Positions 11,914 through 24,133 are shown, counted from the first letter of the stretch. The stretch: DNA of 64,000 nt from Planktothrix sp. GU0601_MAG3 (GCA_035193785.1 CP136572.1:2740578-2804577), one strand, 5' to 3'. Notes: generated by a model from the sequence alone, not told the origin. A program made the numbers and translations.

Positions 11914-12273
11914 TTAAAACTCATCATAGTTGTTCCGAGGTGCACCTTCGTCATCCCGCTTAGAACCAAGTAACTCTAAGTCATCAACCCGAATTACAGG
12001 TTTTGATCGTTGAGTTCCAGTATTACGATCTTGCCAATACTCAAACTTTAACACTCCTTTAATCCCAATTAAACTGCCCTTACGGACATAGTTAGCCGCA
12101 ACTTCCGCCGTTTTTCCCCAAATTTCTAAGTTAAACCAATCGGGTTGATCCGTTTTTTTAGTCCGACGGTTAACTGCTAAGGTTAGATTACAGACGACAC
12201 TACCGGACTCAAAATATTTCACCTCCGGATCGCCACCAGCACGACCAACCAACGTAACAATATTTAGGCTCAT
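11914..12273 (-). CDS. ssb: single-stranded DNA-binding protein
   Basis: MSLNIVTLVGRAGGDPEVKYFESG...DWFNLEIWGKTAE; acidic C-terminal tail; ATG at 12273. Confidence 0.96.
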   Translation of the reverse strand: MSLNIVTLVGRAGGDPEVKYFESGSVVCNLTLAVNRRTKKTDQPDWFNLEIWGKTAEVAANYVRKGSLIGIKGVLKFEYWQDRNTGTQRSKPVIRVDDLELLGSKRDDEGAPRNNYDEF

Positions 12274-12679
12274 AGGAAAATAATCATGGAATAGTGGATA
12301 TCGAGGTTCTTCAGACCTCGGAGGAAACACAAGGAGCATGGGAACTAAATCCTTTATATTTTTAAATTAATAGCACAATTGCCGACACCCACCCTACTAA
12401 CCGCAGCTATGGCGAAGGCTATACTACTGGTGTCTTTTCGGGGAACTGGCTGGGAATTTATTTCTCCTTACTTATTTTTTGTCGGTTTTGTGTCTGGAGT
12501 GCTATTATTGTCACAGGTTTTTAAATTGAGCATAATTAAACAACCTAAAAACTTAACCAATTTAGTTAAGTGCGGAGTTACACCTAACCGTGTTGCTGTT
12601 TAAGAAAGCTAAATTTGAACAAAAACCTAGTTACAAATTAACAACGACTCTTCAACCTAGATCTGGGTTCTCGATCAAT

Positions 12680-14702
12680 GTGAGTTATTGCCTTAATCCT
12701 AAGTGTCCAAATCCAACTGATCCAGCAAATGAGAATCGGAGCACTTGTTGTCAATGTGGCTCAGAACTTTTGCTGGAAGGGCGGTATCGTGTGATTAAAC
12801 AACTTGGAGGAGGAGGTTTTGGTAAAACATTTGAAATTGATGATCAAGGCAAATGTAAAGTTGTAAAAGTTTTATTAAAAAATCATCCTAAAGCTGTCGC
12901 TTTGTTCAAACAAGAAGCGAAAGTTTTGAGTCAGCTTAATCATCCAGGAATTCCTAAAGTTGATCCCGATGGCTATTTTACCTATCTTCCCAAGGGGAGT
13001 GACGAAGCCCTTCACTGTTTAGTGATGGAAAAAATTGAAGGGCTAAATTTACAAGACTGGATGAAGGAACGAAAAAAAGAACCCATCAGTCAAGAACACG
13101 CTTTGGAATGGTTAAGACAACTAACTGAGATCCTGGAGCAAGTTCATAATTTGCAATACTTCCATCGGGATATTAAACCTCAAAATATTATGAGGAAACC
13201 CAATGGACAATTAGTATTAATTGATTTTGGCACCGCCCGGGAAGTTTCAGGAACCTATATCGCTAAGGTAGAAACAGGGGCAAAATGTAACTGGGATTGT
13301 TTCCCCCGGATATACACCCCCAGAACAAACGAATGGGAAAGCTGTTCCCCAATCCGATTTTTTTGCCCTGGGACGAACTTTTATTTATTTGTTAACGGGA
13401 AAACCTCCCACTGCTTATCCAGAAAATCCTCGCACTGGAAAGTTATTATGGCGAAAAGGCGCACCCAATCTTTCTGATCAATTTGCGGCAACTATTGATT
13501 ATTTGATGGCTCCTTTTCCCGGTAATCGCCCCCAAACTCCGCAAGCAATCTTGCAGTGTTTAAAAGATATTCAACCTCTAGGGGAGGAAAAAGAAGCTCC
13601 CCCACCTACCCCCACGGACAAAAAGCAGGTCAAGAAAAATTGGAATAGTGGGTTTAATTTTTCTATTCCTAAACTTACATTTCCTAAAATTCAGCTTAAA
13701 TATTTCTGGATTTTTGGAACATCCTTAATGGTATTGACCGGAATTTATACACAAATTGATGGCTATGTCCGTTATGGATTTATTCCGGCTAATCCAATTT
13801 TAATTTTAAAAGGATTGCCGGGCAGTATTTTTTTAGATAGATACGAACGAGCCGTTGGTGAAATTTATGCTATTGTTATTGGCCCCGATAATAAAAGCCT
13901 AGCTGTGGGGAGTTTTGGGGCAATTACAATTTGGGATTTAACCACAGATACAGATGTCAAGCCACGAATAGTTCGAGCCCATTCGAGTTGGGTTAAAGCC
14001 TTGGCTATTAGTCCCGATGGGAAAATTATAGCCAGTGGCAGTAATGATAAAACCATTCGTCTCTGGGGTTTGAAGAATGGAAATAGAATCCGAACAATTG
14101 AAGGACATACTGAAGGTGTAAATATAGTTGTTTTTAGTCCTGACGGTCAGACCCTAGCCAGTGGTAGTGACGATAAAACTATTCTTATTTCACCCCTCAA
14201 CACCGGGTCTCGACAATTCAGATTCACGGGTCACGAAGGAGCAATTCGCTCCCTTGCATTTAGTCCTGACGGTCAAACCCTAGCCAGTGGCAGTGACGAT
14301 AAAACTATTCGGTTATGGAATTTGGAAACGGGAACTCGCAGGCGGAGTATCTCAGGGAATAACAGTGGTATCAATGCCCTGGTTTATCATCCTGATGGCA
14401 AAACTTTAATTAGTGCCGGTGATGATGGCAGTATTCGGTTGTGGAACCCCAATACGGGAGAACAAAAAGCGGTCTGGAAAGCTAATAATAATCCGGTGAA
14501 ATCCTTGGCAATTACTAAGGATGGGAAAACCCTTGTGAGTGGGGGTGATAGTGTGATTGTTTGGGATCTAAGAACGGGTAGAAAACGGGTAACTTTGTGG
14601 GGTCATGATAAACCTATTAATGCCTTAGCTGTCAGTTCAAATGGCAAAATTATCGTTAGTGGCGGTGAAGATAAAACCATTAAAATTTGGCAAATGCCTT
14701 AA
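12680..14702 (+). CDS. Ser/Thr protein kinase with N-terminal 4-Cys motif and C-terminal WD40 repeats (apparent frameshift at 13271-13275)
   Basis: SYCLNPKC, LGGGGFGKT, HRDIKPQN, LIDFG; GH...WD repeats in ORF 13389..14702. Confidence 0.9.
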
Positions 14703-14960
14703 TCAGTTATCAGTTATCAGTTATTAGTTATCAGTGATCAGTCATCAGTTATTAAGTCATCAGTTATTGAGTTATTGAATTATTAGTTATTAGTTATTAG
14801 TTATTGAGTTATTAGTTATTGAGTTATTAGTTATCAGTTATTGGTAAAAAAAAGAAGTTGCCAGTCGAGAATTAACTCTTAACTTGTAGAAACCGACCAT
14901 GGTCGGTCTCTACAATCTTAACTCCCACACTGATAACTGATAACTGATAACCGTTAACTA
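14703..14960. repeat. heptamer STRR arrays (TCAGTTA/TTAGTTA/TGAGTTA and inverted TGATAAC) enclosing a REP-like palindrome GTAGAAACCGACCATGGTCGGTCTCTAC
   Basis: Directly visible between convergent genes. Confidence 0.85.
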
Positions 14961-14962
14961 AT

Positions 14963-16913
14963 TTAGAAGCGGAATTGAGTCCGCAAAGTGCCGACCACGA
15001 TTGTATTGTTGTTACTATTGTGATCGGGATTGGTTACGACATAAAAACCAGGAGTAATGGCGATGTAGTCGTTGAGAGGATAGCGGTAGAAACCTTCAAT
15101 GTGAATGGAGGTATCTTTATCTTCTAAAGCACCAATATCATGGCTGGTTACTTGAGGAGGCATACCGACAATTAAGCCACCTAAACCACCTTCTTTCAGG
15201 ACGTCGGGGAAGGCTAAAGAAACAGCCCAGTTAATAATGGTCGCACTGTTATCACCACCATTCTTCTGGTTAGCCCAGGTGGAAACCAAACCAGCCACCC
15301 AACTCAAAGTTCTTGGAAATGCGCCAGTTGGCTTGCAAACCTACGTTTTCGCTGGTTGTTGCATTATCACCAAAGGGTTTATCAGCAATCCAACTACCCG
15401 TTCCCCCGGAGACGAACACACTACCATTAGTAAAGTAACGGTGGTTATACTCCAAACCGACACCAATATTAGGATTGGGTTTGAACACCAATTGTAGACC
15501 CGTACTGTAGCCGCCATTGAAGATACCATTTCCTTCGTCGGCAAATTCGGCTCGGTCAGTAACGTAGCCTAAATTGAGTTTAACCTTGTCACTGAAGGCA
15601 TATTTCAAGCCCACACCCGTTCCTTGAGGCCCCCGGAAGGTGGTCGGGTTATAGCGACCAAAGCGAGAGAGTGCTCCATCTCCAGAACCACCGAAGGGGG
15701 TTACATAGTCATAGATGTCGTCATTGTCAAGACCCTTAGCCCCAATGTAGACCTGGCCTTTGGCATTGGCGACGGGGAAGCGATAGTACAACTCATCTAA
15801 AATGACACCATTGTTCACACCATCGATGGAGGTACGACTCATCAAGGTGTTGGTGATGTTGAAGGCAGACAGGTTAGGAATAGATTGAGCTTGTAAACGA
15901 GTTCTCAATAAATCCTGGCCCGTGAAGCTAGTATCAAAGTTCAAACGGGCGCGGTAGCCAAAATAGGCTTCCGTAGGGTCATCGCTTTCATGGGCAAACT
16001 GACCCACAACGTTATTTGTTGCTCGATCTCCAACCGCATCGCCACCCCAGAAGATAACCTCTCCACGGAGTTTGGTGGTAGTAGAGAACTGATTGGCTTC
16101 TAATTCGGCGGTTCTAGCTTCTAAGGCATAAACACGACCGCGCAGAGTGGCTAATTCCGCGGCAAATTCTTCTTGTAACCGTTGTAGAACGGCTAAATCT
16201 TCCCGGGTGACCAAATTGGCTACGGATGCCGCAATTAGTTCGTTAACCCGCTCTAAACAGGCATTTAAACCAGCCGCAAACTCAAAACGAGTCATGGCGC
16301 GGTTGCCTTTGAAGGTTCCATCGGGATAACCCGCGATACAACCATAGCGTTCAACTAAGGACTGCAAAGCCTGAAATGCCCAGTCCGTGGGTTGAACGTC
16401 GGATAATTGAGAAACTGAAGTCACCTGCTCCAGAGCATCGGTGGCTTCAGCATATTCGTTAATTTTTTCTAAGCCGGAGGCATTGGTTTCGCTCGGCTCG
16501 GTCGATGACATCTGAGCCACTTGGAACTCAGAAGCTTGAGCAGTTTGTAGTGGGGCCGAAGCCTCTGAAGTTGGGCTGTTTAACTGTTGAGCCGTGGCAA
16601 CAGTCTGCGGTTCGTTCCCGTTTGTCGCCTCACCATTGACTAAATTGGTGGCTTCAACCGGAACATCAGGAGTCAAAGACAGGGCGAGTTGCTCTGTGGA
16701 TGACTCGGAATTGGCTTGATCTTGCAACTGAGTATTCTGTCCAGTGGTCGGAACTGCACGGGCAGTTGCGACGGTGACGGTTGCCATATCTGTAGCATTT
16801 GCCAATTTCTCCGATGGAGCCTCAGTTGCTAAGGCTGCATTAGTTAAGAGAATAGCTGCTCCCAGAATGCCTGGACTATGCTTTAGAGTGTTCAATAAAA
16901 CTTTGTTCATCAT
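14963..16913 (-). CDS. cyanobacterial porin, SLH domain + OprB-like barrel (apparent frameshift at 15282-15286)
   Basis: QVTSVSQLSDVQPTDWAFQALQSLVERYGCIAGYPDG, FSTTTKL, C-terminal GTLRTQFRF. Confidence 0.92.
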
Positions 16914-17074
16914 CTCAATTCTCACACCGACACTTAAAATACCACAAAGCAAGGGAGTCCCAAGCTCGACTTAACCAATAGTATCATATCTTAACTAGAG
17001 TTTTTCGGTGCGTCTAGTGGGGGAACAAAAGTTAAGACTGGTTTTTTACCTGATTAAATCGATATAACCCTGAC

Positions 17075-19316
17075 TCAGAGAGGGTTTGGCTTTTCCACAA
17101 TTGATTGATAATTTATCCGTCGAATTGCGACCAATGAGGGTTTAGGGGGATCATTGGGTTGCTTACCAGGCCAGTTGGAGCCCAAAGGAACTTGACGAGT
17201 TTGCATAAATTCTTCGCCTTGGGTTGTTTGCAAAGCAAATTGCAGGGTTTGTGTTGCCCCATCCTGGCGGGTTTGGTTGTACTCCCCCGGATGTTGGACA
17301 GCAACAAATAGGGTTTTTTGATCGGGCGTAAAAAACGGCCCACTCAGTTCGCAGTCCATTGGCCCGATAGCAAATAAAAAAGCCTGACCTAGATATTCTC
17401 CCGATGTCGGAAGAAACCAAAGGGAATTATTGCCATACAGACCCAATAAATCCTTGCCTTCCAAGGGGTTTTGGTTGTCATGCAGACGACCCGGGGCAAC
17501 GGGTTGATTCTGTTGGTTGGTGGCAATATCCGTAACCATCCATAAATTCCCGATCGCATCCAGGGCTAAATTATCGGGGTTGGAAAATCCCAAACCCCCT
17601 TGGGCGACTTCTCCTCCGGTGGCGACCATTTCCCATTGAAAGGTCATTGCCTGGGGAACATTCCCTTCTTCTACTAACCGCATCACCCATCCGTATTCAT
17701 ACTGCTTTTTTTTAGCAGGAGCTTGAAAAATTTCCAGATTAGGGCCACCGGTTTTGGGATCGGCTGATCCCGATGTAAAAGCAATAAATAGGCTTCCATC
17801 TGGCCCGACTTCTGTGTCTTCGGGACGGGCGGCACAGGTCGCGCCCACAGCACTCGCGGCCAAATGGGCATCAATTAAAATTGCGCCCTGTTGTTCTTCT
17901 GGATTTCCGGTGTACAAATCTCCTAGGGTCTGAAACCGTCGCTTAAAGTTTTGGATATCTTTATCGGTTTTAGCAATAAAACTTCCTCCCTTGGGTCGTT
18001 GGGGTAGGGCAATAATTCCCCCAGCATGAAGATGGGGCTGATCGGGATCTAGGGTCGTATCGGCTTTTAAAGGAATCCAGCGCCCTGTACCATCGGGATT
18101 GAATTTAGCCGCATATAACATCCCATCGGTTAATAACTGGGAATTTTTTTTGTCCTGGGGGTTTTTAACTGTCCCTTTACTTACAAATTTATAGAGGTGT
18201 CCGTTTCGGCGATCGCATCCTGAATAAAACGCTAAGGGTTGACCCACTTCCACCCGAATTCCCACCGCTTCGTGGCGATAACGTCCTAACCAAGTATGTT
18301 TTGTGCCATAGTCCTGGGGGTTAGCTGGATCAATTTCCACCATCCAACCATACTTATTCCCCGCCAGTCCCAACACATTCCCTAAACCCTCCATTTTTTT
18401 AAATAAAAACGGCAATTCACTGGGCGGATAGACTGTACCATCGGGATAAACGGTTTCGGTCACCTGACTTTGGAAATTTTCCTCCGCACTCAATACCGTC
18501 CCCCAGGGAGTTGTTTCCCCCGGCACAATTGGCAAAAGTGCCAATAATTTTGGCGCCTAATTGATCATTGTAGCCCTGACCCTTTTTGGTAAAGATGGCA
18601 ACGGCTGGCCCGGTGGCCTTCAAATATTGGTTATTTTTCCACCCCGATAGTCCAGTAATAACTCGATCAGTGGCCGAATAGGTTCTTACCCAACGACCAT
18701 CGGCTTGACGCTGAACCGAAATCACGCCAATACCCAAATCGGTTAACCCTTCCTGAGATAATTTTAAAATATCCTGTCGTAAGGGGTCTTTTTTCGGTAG
18801 TCCAAAGGCGTTAATTGTTTGATTTTGCCCTAAGGATTGAAGGTTTTTCAAGGGTAAAGATTGACCGATAATCTGTTCATAGGTTTCCAACCAAATATTG
18901 GCACTAATATATTCAAAGTTAACCGTTAAAAAACCTTGATCTTCCGCCGTGGCGATGAAGGAAACATAATCATTATTGTATCCAAAGCGAGAATTTCCCA
19001 CTTTGTCTCCCCAGGTGGCAATCAGATCATAGGTAAATCCTTCGGGTAAAACTAAATCATCTGTAACTTCATAGGTGCTATAGGCTTGAATTTGTTCTGC
19101 CAGGAAATTATCGCTGACTGGAATTGTAGATTGCACCAAATCCAAGGCATTAGGTAATGGCCCTTTGATCGGTTTAAACGGTAAAGATTGGGGGAATTTA
19201 GGTTCCGGCGATGAGGTAATCTTAGGTAGCTTGGAGGAATTTTGACAGGAACCCATGGCTAACGTAGTTAACCCGGCACTCAAAAACAACAGAAAATCAC
19301 GACGATTTACAGACAT
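17075..19316 (-). CDS. phoX: PhoX-family alkaline phosphatase, Tat-exported, likely lipoprotein (apparent frameshift at 18513-18517)
   Basis: RRDFL Tat motif, FGYNNDY, NCAGG-TTPWGT (after repair), GRYRHEA, RPED, NPDN, VQHPGE. Confidence 0.9.
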
Positions 19317-19523
19317 AAATTTTTGTTGATCTAGCAAAAAAATGTATTAGGAGTAAGGCTATTTAATTCTGATCAATCCCCATGATTTTAAACCCCATAG
19401 CCATATTTGAGATTTATTGAAAATCAAAAAATATTCCCTCTATACTCAGAGAATAGAGGGTGGGGGGATATATTCAAAATATATTTATCAGGAGAATTAA
19501 ACAGTCCAAAAATTCATCTGATT

Positions 19524-20264
19524 TTATCCAAATCGATAGCCAAACCCCCGAACGGTAATCACATATTCGGGTTTGCTAGGATCTAATTCTAGGTTTTCGC
19601 GTAACCAGCGAATATGAACATCAACAGTTTTGCTATCCCCGATGAAATCCTGTCCCCAAATTATGTCTAATAATTGTTCCCGTGACCAAACTCGCCGAGG
19701 ATAACTCAGAAATAACTCTAATAAACGAAACTGTTTAGGAGATAGCTTCACCTCTTGACCACGAACCAGAACCCGACATTCCTCTTGATACAAAATCACT
19801 TCTTTATATTGCAGCATAACCGGTTCCGGCAGTTGAGAATAGCGTCTTCGTCGCATTAAGGCTCGACAACGCGCCATAAACTCCCGCATTCCGAAGGGTT
19901 TGGTTAAATAGTCGTCGGCTCCCGCTTCTAAATAAAAAGCCGAATTATTTGCACTTTCCCGCAACCCAATAATTAAAATGGCGACGGAATTTCCTTGATG
20001 TCGTAACATACGACACAGATCTAAACCGTTGATCGAGTCCATAATTAAAAGGTTGAATGGAAAATCGCCGACGGGATAATTATGGTTTTGGATTGAGGGG
20101 AAAGCATCCCGTCCATCTGATGTCACCGTAACCCGATAACCCTGTTCTTCCAGAGCTAGGGAAAGCATTTCTCGCCAAGACTGTTCGTTTTCCAAAAGTA
20201 AGATATGGCCATTTTGTCTTACATCAGAACGGTAAGGACTCTTGCTTAATTCAGGAGAAAACAT
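19524..20264 (-). CDS. OmpR/PhoB-family response regulator, SphR-like, with atypical receiver
   Basis: GADDYLTKPFGMRE, PRRVWSREQLLD..WG..F.GDSKTVDVHIRWLRE, TVRGFGYRFG; adjacent to phoX. Confidence 0.85.
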   Translation of the reverse strand: MFSPELSKSPYRSDVRQNGHILLLENEQSWREMLSLALEEQGYRVTVTSDGRDAFPSIQNHNYPVGDFPFNLLIMDSINGLDLCRMLRHQGNSVAILIIGLRESANNSAFYLEAGADDYLTKPFGMREFMARCRALMRRRRYSQLPEPVMLQYKEVILYQEECRVLVRGQEVKLSPKQFRLLELFLSYPRRVWSREQLLDIIWGQDFIGDSKTVDVHIRWLRENLELDPSKPEYVITVRGFGYRFG

Positions 20265-20561
20265 AGAAAAATTTTCGTGGGTTGGATGAGTGGAAGTTTT
20301 GAAAACTGGCTATTGTCGCCACAAGTAACTAGACATTCTGAGGAGTTAGTCCAGTGTCAACCATCCAACGTAATTATGTTCTCCGTTACGAATCCCTTCA
20401 CATAGAGACGACCGATATTGGACTGCTAAGGGAAATCCAACCCCTGAGTTTGTTTGGGGGTCGCCAGACTCATCCTGATTTAGCCTCGATTCTAGGTTTT
20501 TAAGCATTGTTCACGCTCAATTTGCCTGGTTGTTGGAAATCTGATTATAGGAGACAGCTTC

Positions 20562-20616
20562 ATAGTATTAGGGGAAGGTTAACACAAGGTAAAGGCTTAG
20601 TAATCTTCTGGTTAAA
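20562..20616 (-). promoter_or_regulatory. cyanobacterial Pho box (11-bp periodic PyTTAAPyPy(T/A)-like repeats) and -10 element
   Basis: Minus strand TTTAACCA-gaa-GATTACTA-agc-CTTTACCT-tgt-GTTAACCT (20616-20576), then TACTAT (20567-20562), upstream of the SphR-like gene and phoX. Confidence 0.7.
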
Positions 20617-20773
20617 TTATTCTAATCAAATTAAAGTTTTGAGCGGGTCGTCCCTTGGGTTACTAGGGGGTCAATTCCTAGAATCGGTTTAACTTTTGTT
20701 TTTATTTAGTGAACAAACAACTCAGGTACAATAAGAGTAGATCTGAGATTTTAAATTTTTTTAACTCAATATA

Positions 20774-21518
20774 ATGTTACTACATCTGAGCACCTGGCAA
20801 GAAGTGGAAGTTTACCTAACCCACTCCGGCGGTATTATTATTCCTATCGGTTCCACGGAACAACATGGCCCAACTGGATTGATCGGCACTGATGCGATTT
20901 GCGCCGAAGCGATCGCCAAGGGAGTAGGAGAAGCAACCAAGGCTTTAGTTAGCCCGACTATCAATGTTGGTATGGCATTACACCACACGGCTTTTCCAGG
21001 TACTATCAGTCTGCGACCGACCACTCTAATTCAAGTAATCAATGATTATATCACAAGTTTAGCGAAAGTTGGGTTCACGCACTACTTTTTTATTAATGGA
21101 CATGGGGGAAATATTGCTACCCTGAAGGCGGCTTTTTCTGAAACCTATAGCCATTTAGCCGATATCAACATACCCAAAGCCCATCAGGTGAAATGTCAAA
21201 TCGGCAATTGGTTTATGTGTGGCTCAGTCTATAAATTAGCAAAAGAACTCTATGGCGATCAAGAAGGTTCCCATGCCACACCCAGCGAAGTCGCCTTAAC
21301 CCAATATGTTTATCCTGATTCGATTAAACAAGGTTTCCTGACATCGGAAGTGGCTAGGGGATATCCAATTTATGGCTCAGAGGATTTTCGCCAACACTAT
21401 CCCGATGGTCGGATGGGATCTAACCCCGCCTTGGCCACCCCGGAACATGGTCAACAATTTTATGAGTTAGCTGTAAAGGAAACTTAGTCAAAGCTATTTA
21501 GATTTTCTCAGCAATTAG
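20774..21518 (+). CDS. creatininase family protein (apparent frameshift at 21479-21483 near C-terminus)
   Basis: PIGSTEQHGP, NGHGGN, HATPSE. Repaired end reads KELSQSYLDFLSN*. Confidence 0.88.
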
Positions 21519-21685
21519 TAATTAGTAATCAGTGAAAGAGTCAACAGTTTATAATTTATCGGTTGGGAAGTTAATAAACTGTTTAGTATTTAAACTCTAT
21601 ATCCTAGTCAGCAGGAATTTTACGATTTCCCAATCTCAGGTTTAGCTGCTTAATAGCTTGGGTTATTTTTGCGAATGATAACTGA

Positions 21686-22267
21686 TTAGGCTCGGGCGCG
21701 AAATTCTATGGTATCTTCTTTAATTGAGATATCGTAATTTCCGAAAAAACTTTGTCCTAGAAGTCCAATTTCTAATACGGGAGAAATAGAAACTTCTATA
21801 TCTTTCATCTGTAACCCTCCGACATTAATAGAATTTACACGACCAATTTCTTGATTGATTTGGCGATCACTGGCCGTATTAACAGGTACAACTCCAGTGG
21901 GTTTAATGGCTAAAGCTGATGCCATTTCAGCAGTAATGACAACTCCACTTGCTCCCGTATCTAACAACATTTCAAAGGATTTTTGATCATTAAAATTAAC
22001 ATCAATAACTGGAATTCCTCCTTGTCGGCGTTTAATAGGGATTTGAAAAATTCCTTCGGTTTTCGGTTGAGTAGACAGGGGAGCAGAAGTGGGAAATAAA
22101 CCACAAACAGACTGGGTTAAATTAACTACATCTCCAGATTTTTCCCGAACAAAACAGCCTGGATATTCTTGAGCTTTGACTGAAATACTATTTAATAAAC
22201 CTCCCGTCAAAAGGAAAGTAAAACTAAGTTTAAGGGTATAGGAACGGATCGAAATTGCCTTGATCAT
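21686..22267 (-). CDS. secreted retropepsin-like (clan AA) aspartic protease
   Basis: Signal peptide, MLLDTGAS catalytic motif, GLLGQSFF. Confidence 0.9.
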   Translation of the reverse strand: MIKAISIRSYTLKLSFTFLLTGGLLNSISVKAQEYPGCFVREKSGDVVNLTQSVCGLFPTSAPLSTQPKTEGIFQIPIKRRQGGIPVIDVNFNDQKSFEMLLDTGASGVVITAEMASALAIKPTGVVPVNTASDRQINQEIGRVNSINVGGLQMKDIEVSISPVLEIGLLGQSFFGNYDISIKEDTIEFRARA

Positions 22268-22381
22268 AGTCTCACCCCGTTATTCTGATTGAAAAATTAG
22301 AGCGTTCAATCCTTAAATTATTCCCCCAATATTCATCGGGACTAATTAATCCGATTGTTTCAGGGAAGTTGGGTTTATAGT

Positions 22382-23026
22382 TTATTGTCTGGATCGAAAC
22401 TCCACCACATCTTCCTTAATGGTAACATCATATTCACCAAAGAAATCTTGCCCCAATAAACCCACATTTAACATCGGAGCGATCGCCACGGTAATATTAC
22501 TTTTAACCGCCCCAGCCACATTCAGACTTTGAATAGAACCCAAATCAAATTCAACTCCCTTCTGACTCGGTGTATCTGCTTTAACTCGACCAGTAGGAAC
22601 GACATTTAACTGTCCCGCCATCATAGGAGTAATTACCGTCCCACTAGCCCCGGTATCCACCATCATTTCAAAGGTAACTTGATCATTAAATATGGCTTCA
22701 ATTATCGGAATTCCCTGTTCTTTTTTGATAATTTTAGCTTGATAAACTCCAGGGGTTGAGAGGGGAGAACCAATCATTTTTTCGTCAGTTTGTGGAAAGA
22801 TGCAGAGGTTTCCATTTAAAGACATAACCTCTCCAGCTTTTGTTTTCAAAAAACAACCCGGATGTTCTTGAGACAAAGCACCAATCCCATTGGTAAATAT
22901 TAACCCGGTTGTTGATAATAAAATCGAAAACCGGGAGATGAATTGAGATAAACTTTGATTCGGAACTTGATGAGTCACCAACCTGACAAAACAAGGGGAA
23001 TTGTGCATGATTTCAATAGTTCTCAA
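22382..23026 (-). CDS. secreted retropepsin-like aspartic protease (tandem paralog)
   Basis: MMVDTGAS, GLLGQDFF; shares QExPGCF N-terminal motif with neighbour. Start uncertain. Confidence 0.88.
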   Translation of the reverse strand: MRTIEIMHNSPCFVRLVTHQVPNQSLSQFISRFSILLSTTGLIFTNGIGALSQEHPGCFLKTKAGEVMSLNGNLCIFPQTDEKMIGSPLSTPGVYQAKIIKKEQGIPIIEAIFNDQVTFEMMVDTGASGTVITPMMAGQLNVVPTGRVKADTPSQKGVEFDLGSIQSLNVAGAVKSNITVAIAPMLNVGLLGQDFFGEYDVTIKEDVVEFRSRQ

Positions 23027-23251
23027 TAATTAATTCAAGGGTTGACAGGGGTATGTCAATTTTTCCCAAAAAATACTAGCCTCAAACCAGAAATGCCAAA
23101 ACAGATAACCTCTTTCTGTGATTGGGTATCTTTTGGGTGATCAATTTAGGGTCAAGACCTTAGAAAAATTTTACCCCTCAATTGAGAACGATAGATCTTT
23201 TCGAGGTATCCTAAACAATCGGAACCAAAGTCAGTTCGTTTAAGGAAGTCT

Positions 23252-23578
23252 GTGAAATACTTTTTTTTAACCGATGGATGGACAATTGGACGAGTCTGGG
23301 GAGTAGGGGGTCTGTGGGATCAAGCTCTGCGGCGTCGTCCACCGGATATTCAAAAAATGGATTTGTGTCTGTGGGATCAGAAACAACAGGAAAAAATGTG
23401 GCTGTATCGGGTGGAAGATTCTGTTTTGATGTTAGAAGTCAGACCAGATCTCAACACAACCAGCGACTCCCCTAATACCATTGGTCAAGTAGTTCTCACC
23501 CGCTTAATTACGGCTGAACAAGTCCTAGAACGTTTAGCCAGTGCTGCAACGGAATGTCAAATTAACCACAGCCTATAA
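23252..23578 (+). CDS. conserved cyanobacterial hypothetical protein
   Basis: 108-aa ORF with AAGGA RBS before GTG; MKYFFLTDGWTIGRVW, LYRVED.VLMLEV, IGQVVL.RL. Confidence 0.75.
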   Translation: MKYFFLTDGWTIGRVWGVGGLWDQALRRRPPDIQKMDLCLWDQKQQEKMWLYRVEDSVLMLEVRPDLNTTSDSPNTIGQVVLTRLITAEQVLERLASAATECQINHSL

Positions 23579-23627
23579 TCGGTGTGGGATTAATTGTGGT
23601 CAGGACTCTTGATATTATCGAAAAATT

Positions 23628-23986
23628 GGGTCTAAAACCCCGTTTCTTTAGTTAGGCTTTATATTAGAATATAGATGGTCGCTGACCCATCCGCGACGAT
23701 GGATTCAGACAGCCTAACGAGCGAAGTCCAGGTTCACTGGCGGCGCAGAAAAATCGGTAGACCGGGAAAAAGAGGATAGGGCAATGGGCAATCCACCCCT
23801 ATAATCAACCTAGTATAGATATTTTTGTTAAATATCGACCCATAGGAACCGCAGGACTTGCGGGGATAGTCTGTGGAGCGAACGTAAGACCAAGACTTTT
23901 TGAGGGTGGAGGCAGTTGCCAAGAAGCAGAAACCTAAATCGTGAGGTTTAGGAATTGCCGCACTTTTAGGGCGGTGAGGATGTCAA
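23628..23986 (+). mobile_element. non-autonomous IS200/IS605-family remnant (left-end hairpin + tnpB 3'/omegaRNA-like right end)
   Basis: GGGTCTAAAACCCCG... left end; right end GAAACCTAAATCGTGAGGTTTAGGAATTGCCGCACTTTTAGGGCGGTGAGGATGTCAA. No transposase ORF. Confidence 0.65.
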
Positions 23987-24133
23987 AATTGCTGCTCTTT
24001 TGAAAACCTTAGTGTCTTTAGACCTGAAAATGTCAAAAAGCACTGGACAAAGAGGGGCAAAAACTCTTAAAACAACTAGAGAATCAACTTATTCTCTATA
24101 CCAGAAAATAAATAATTTGGTTCAATTAATTTA

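Noticed and set aside
14703..14840. Possible CRISPR array (also 28912-28968 and 50262-50398)
   Set aside because: Tandem 7-mers without unique spacers and no cas genes; ordinary cyanobacterial STRRs.
17025..17060. Pho box upstream of the porin
   Set aside because: Only two of three phased units match and spacing to a -10 is poor.
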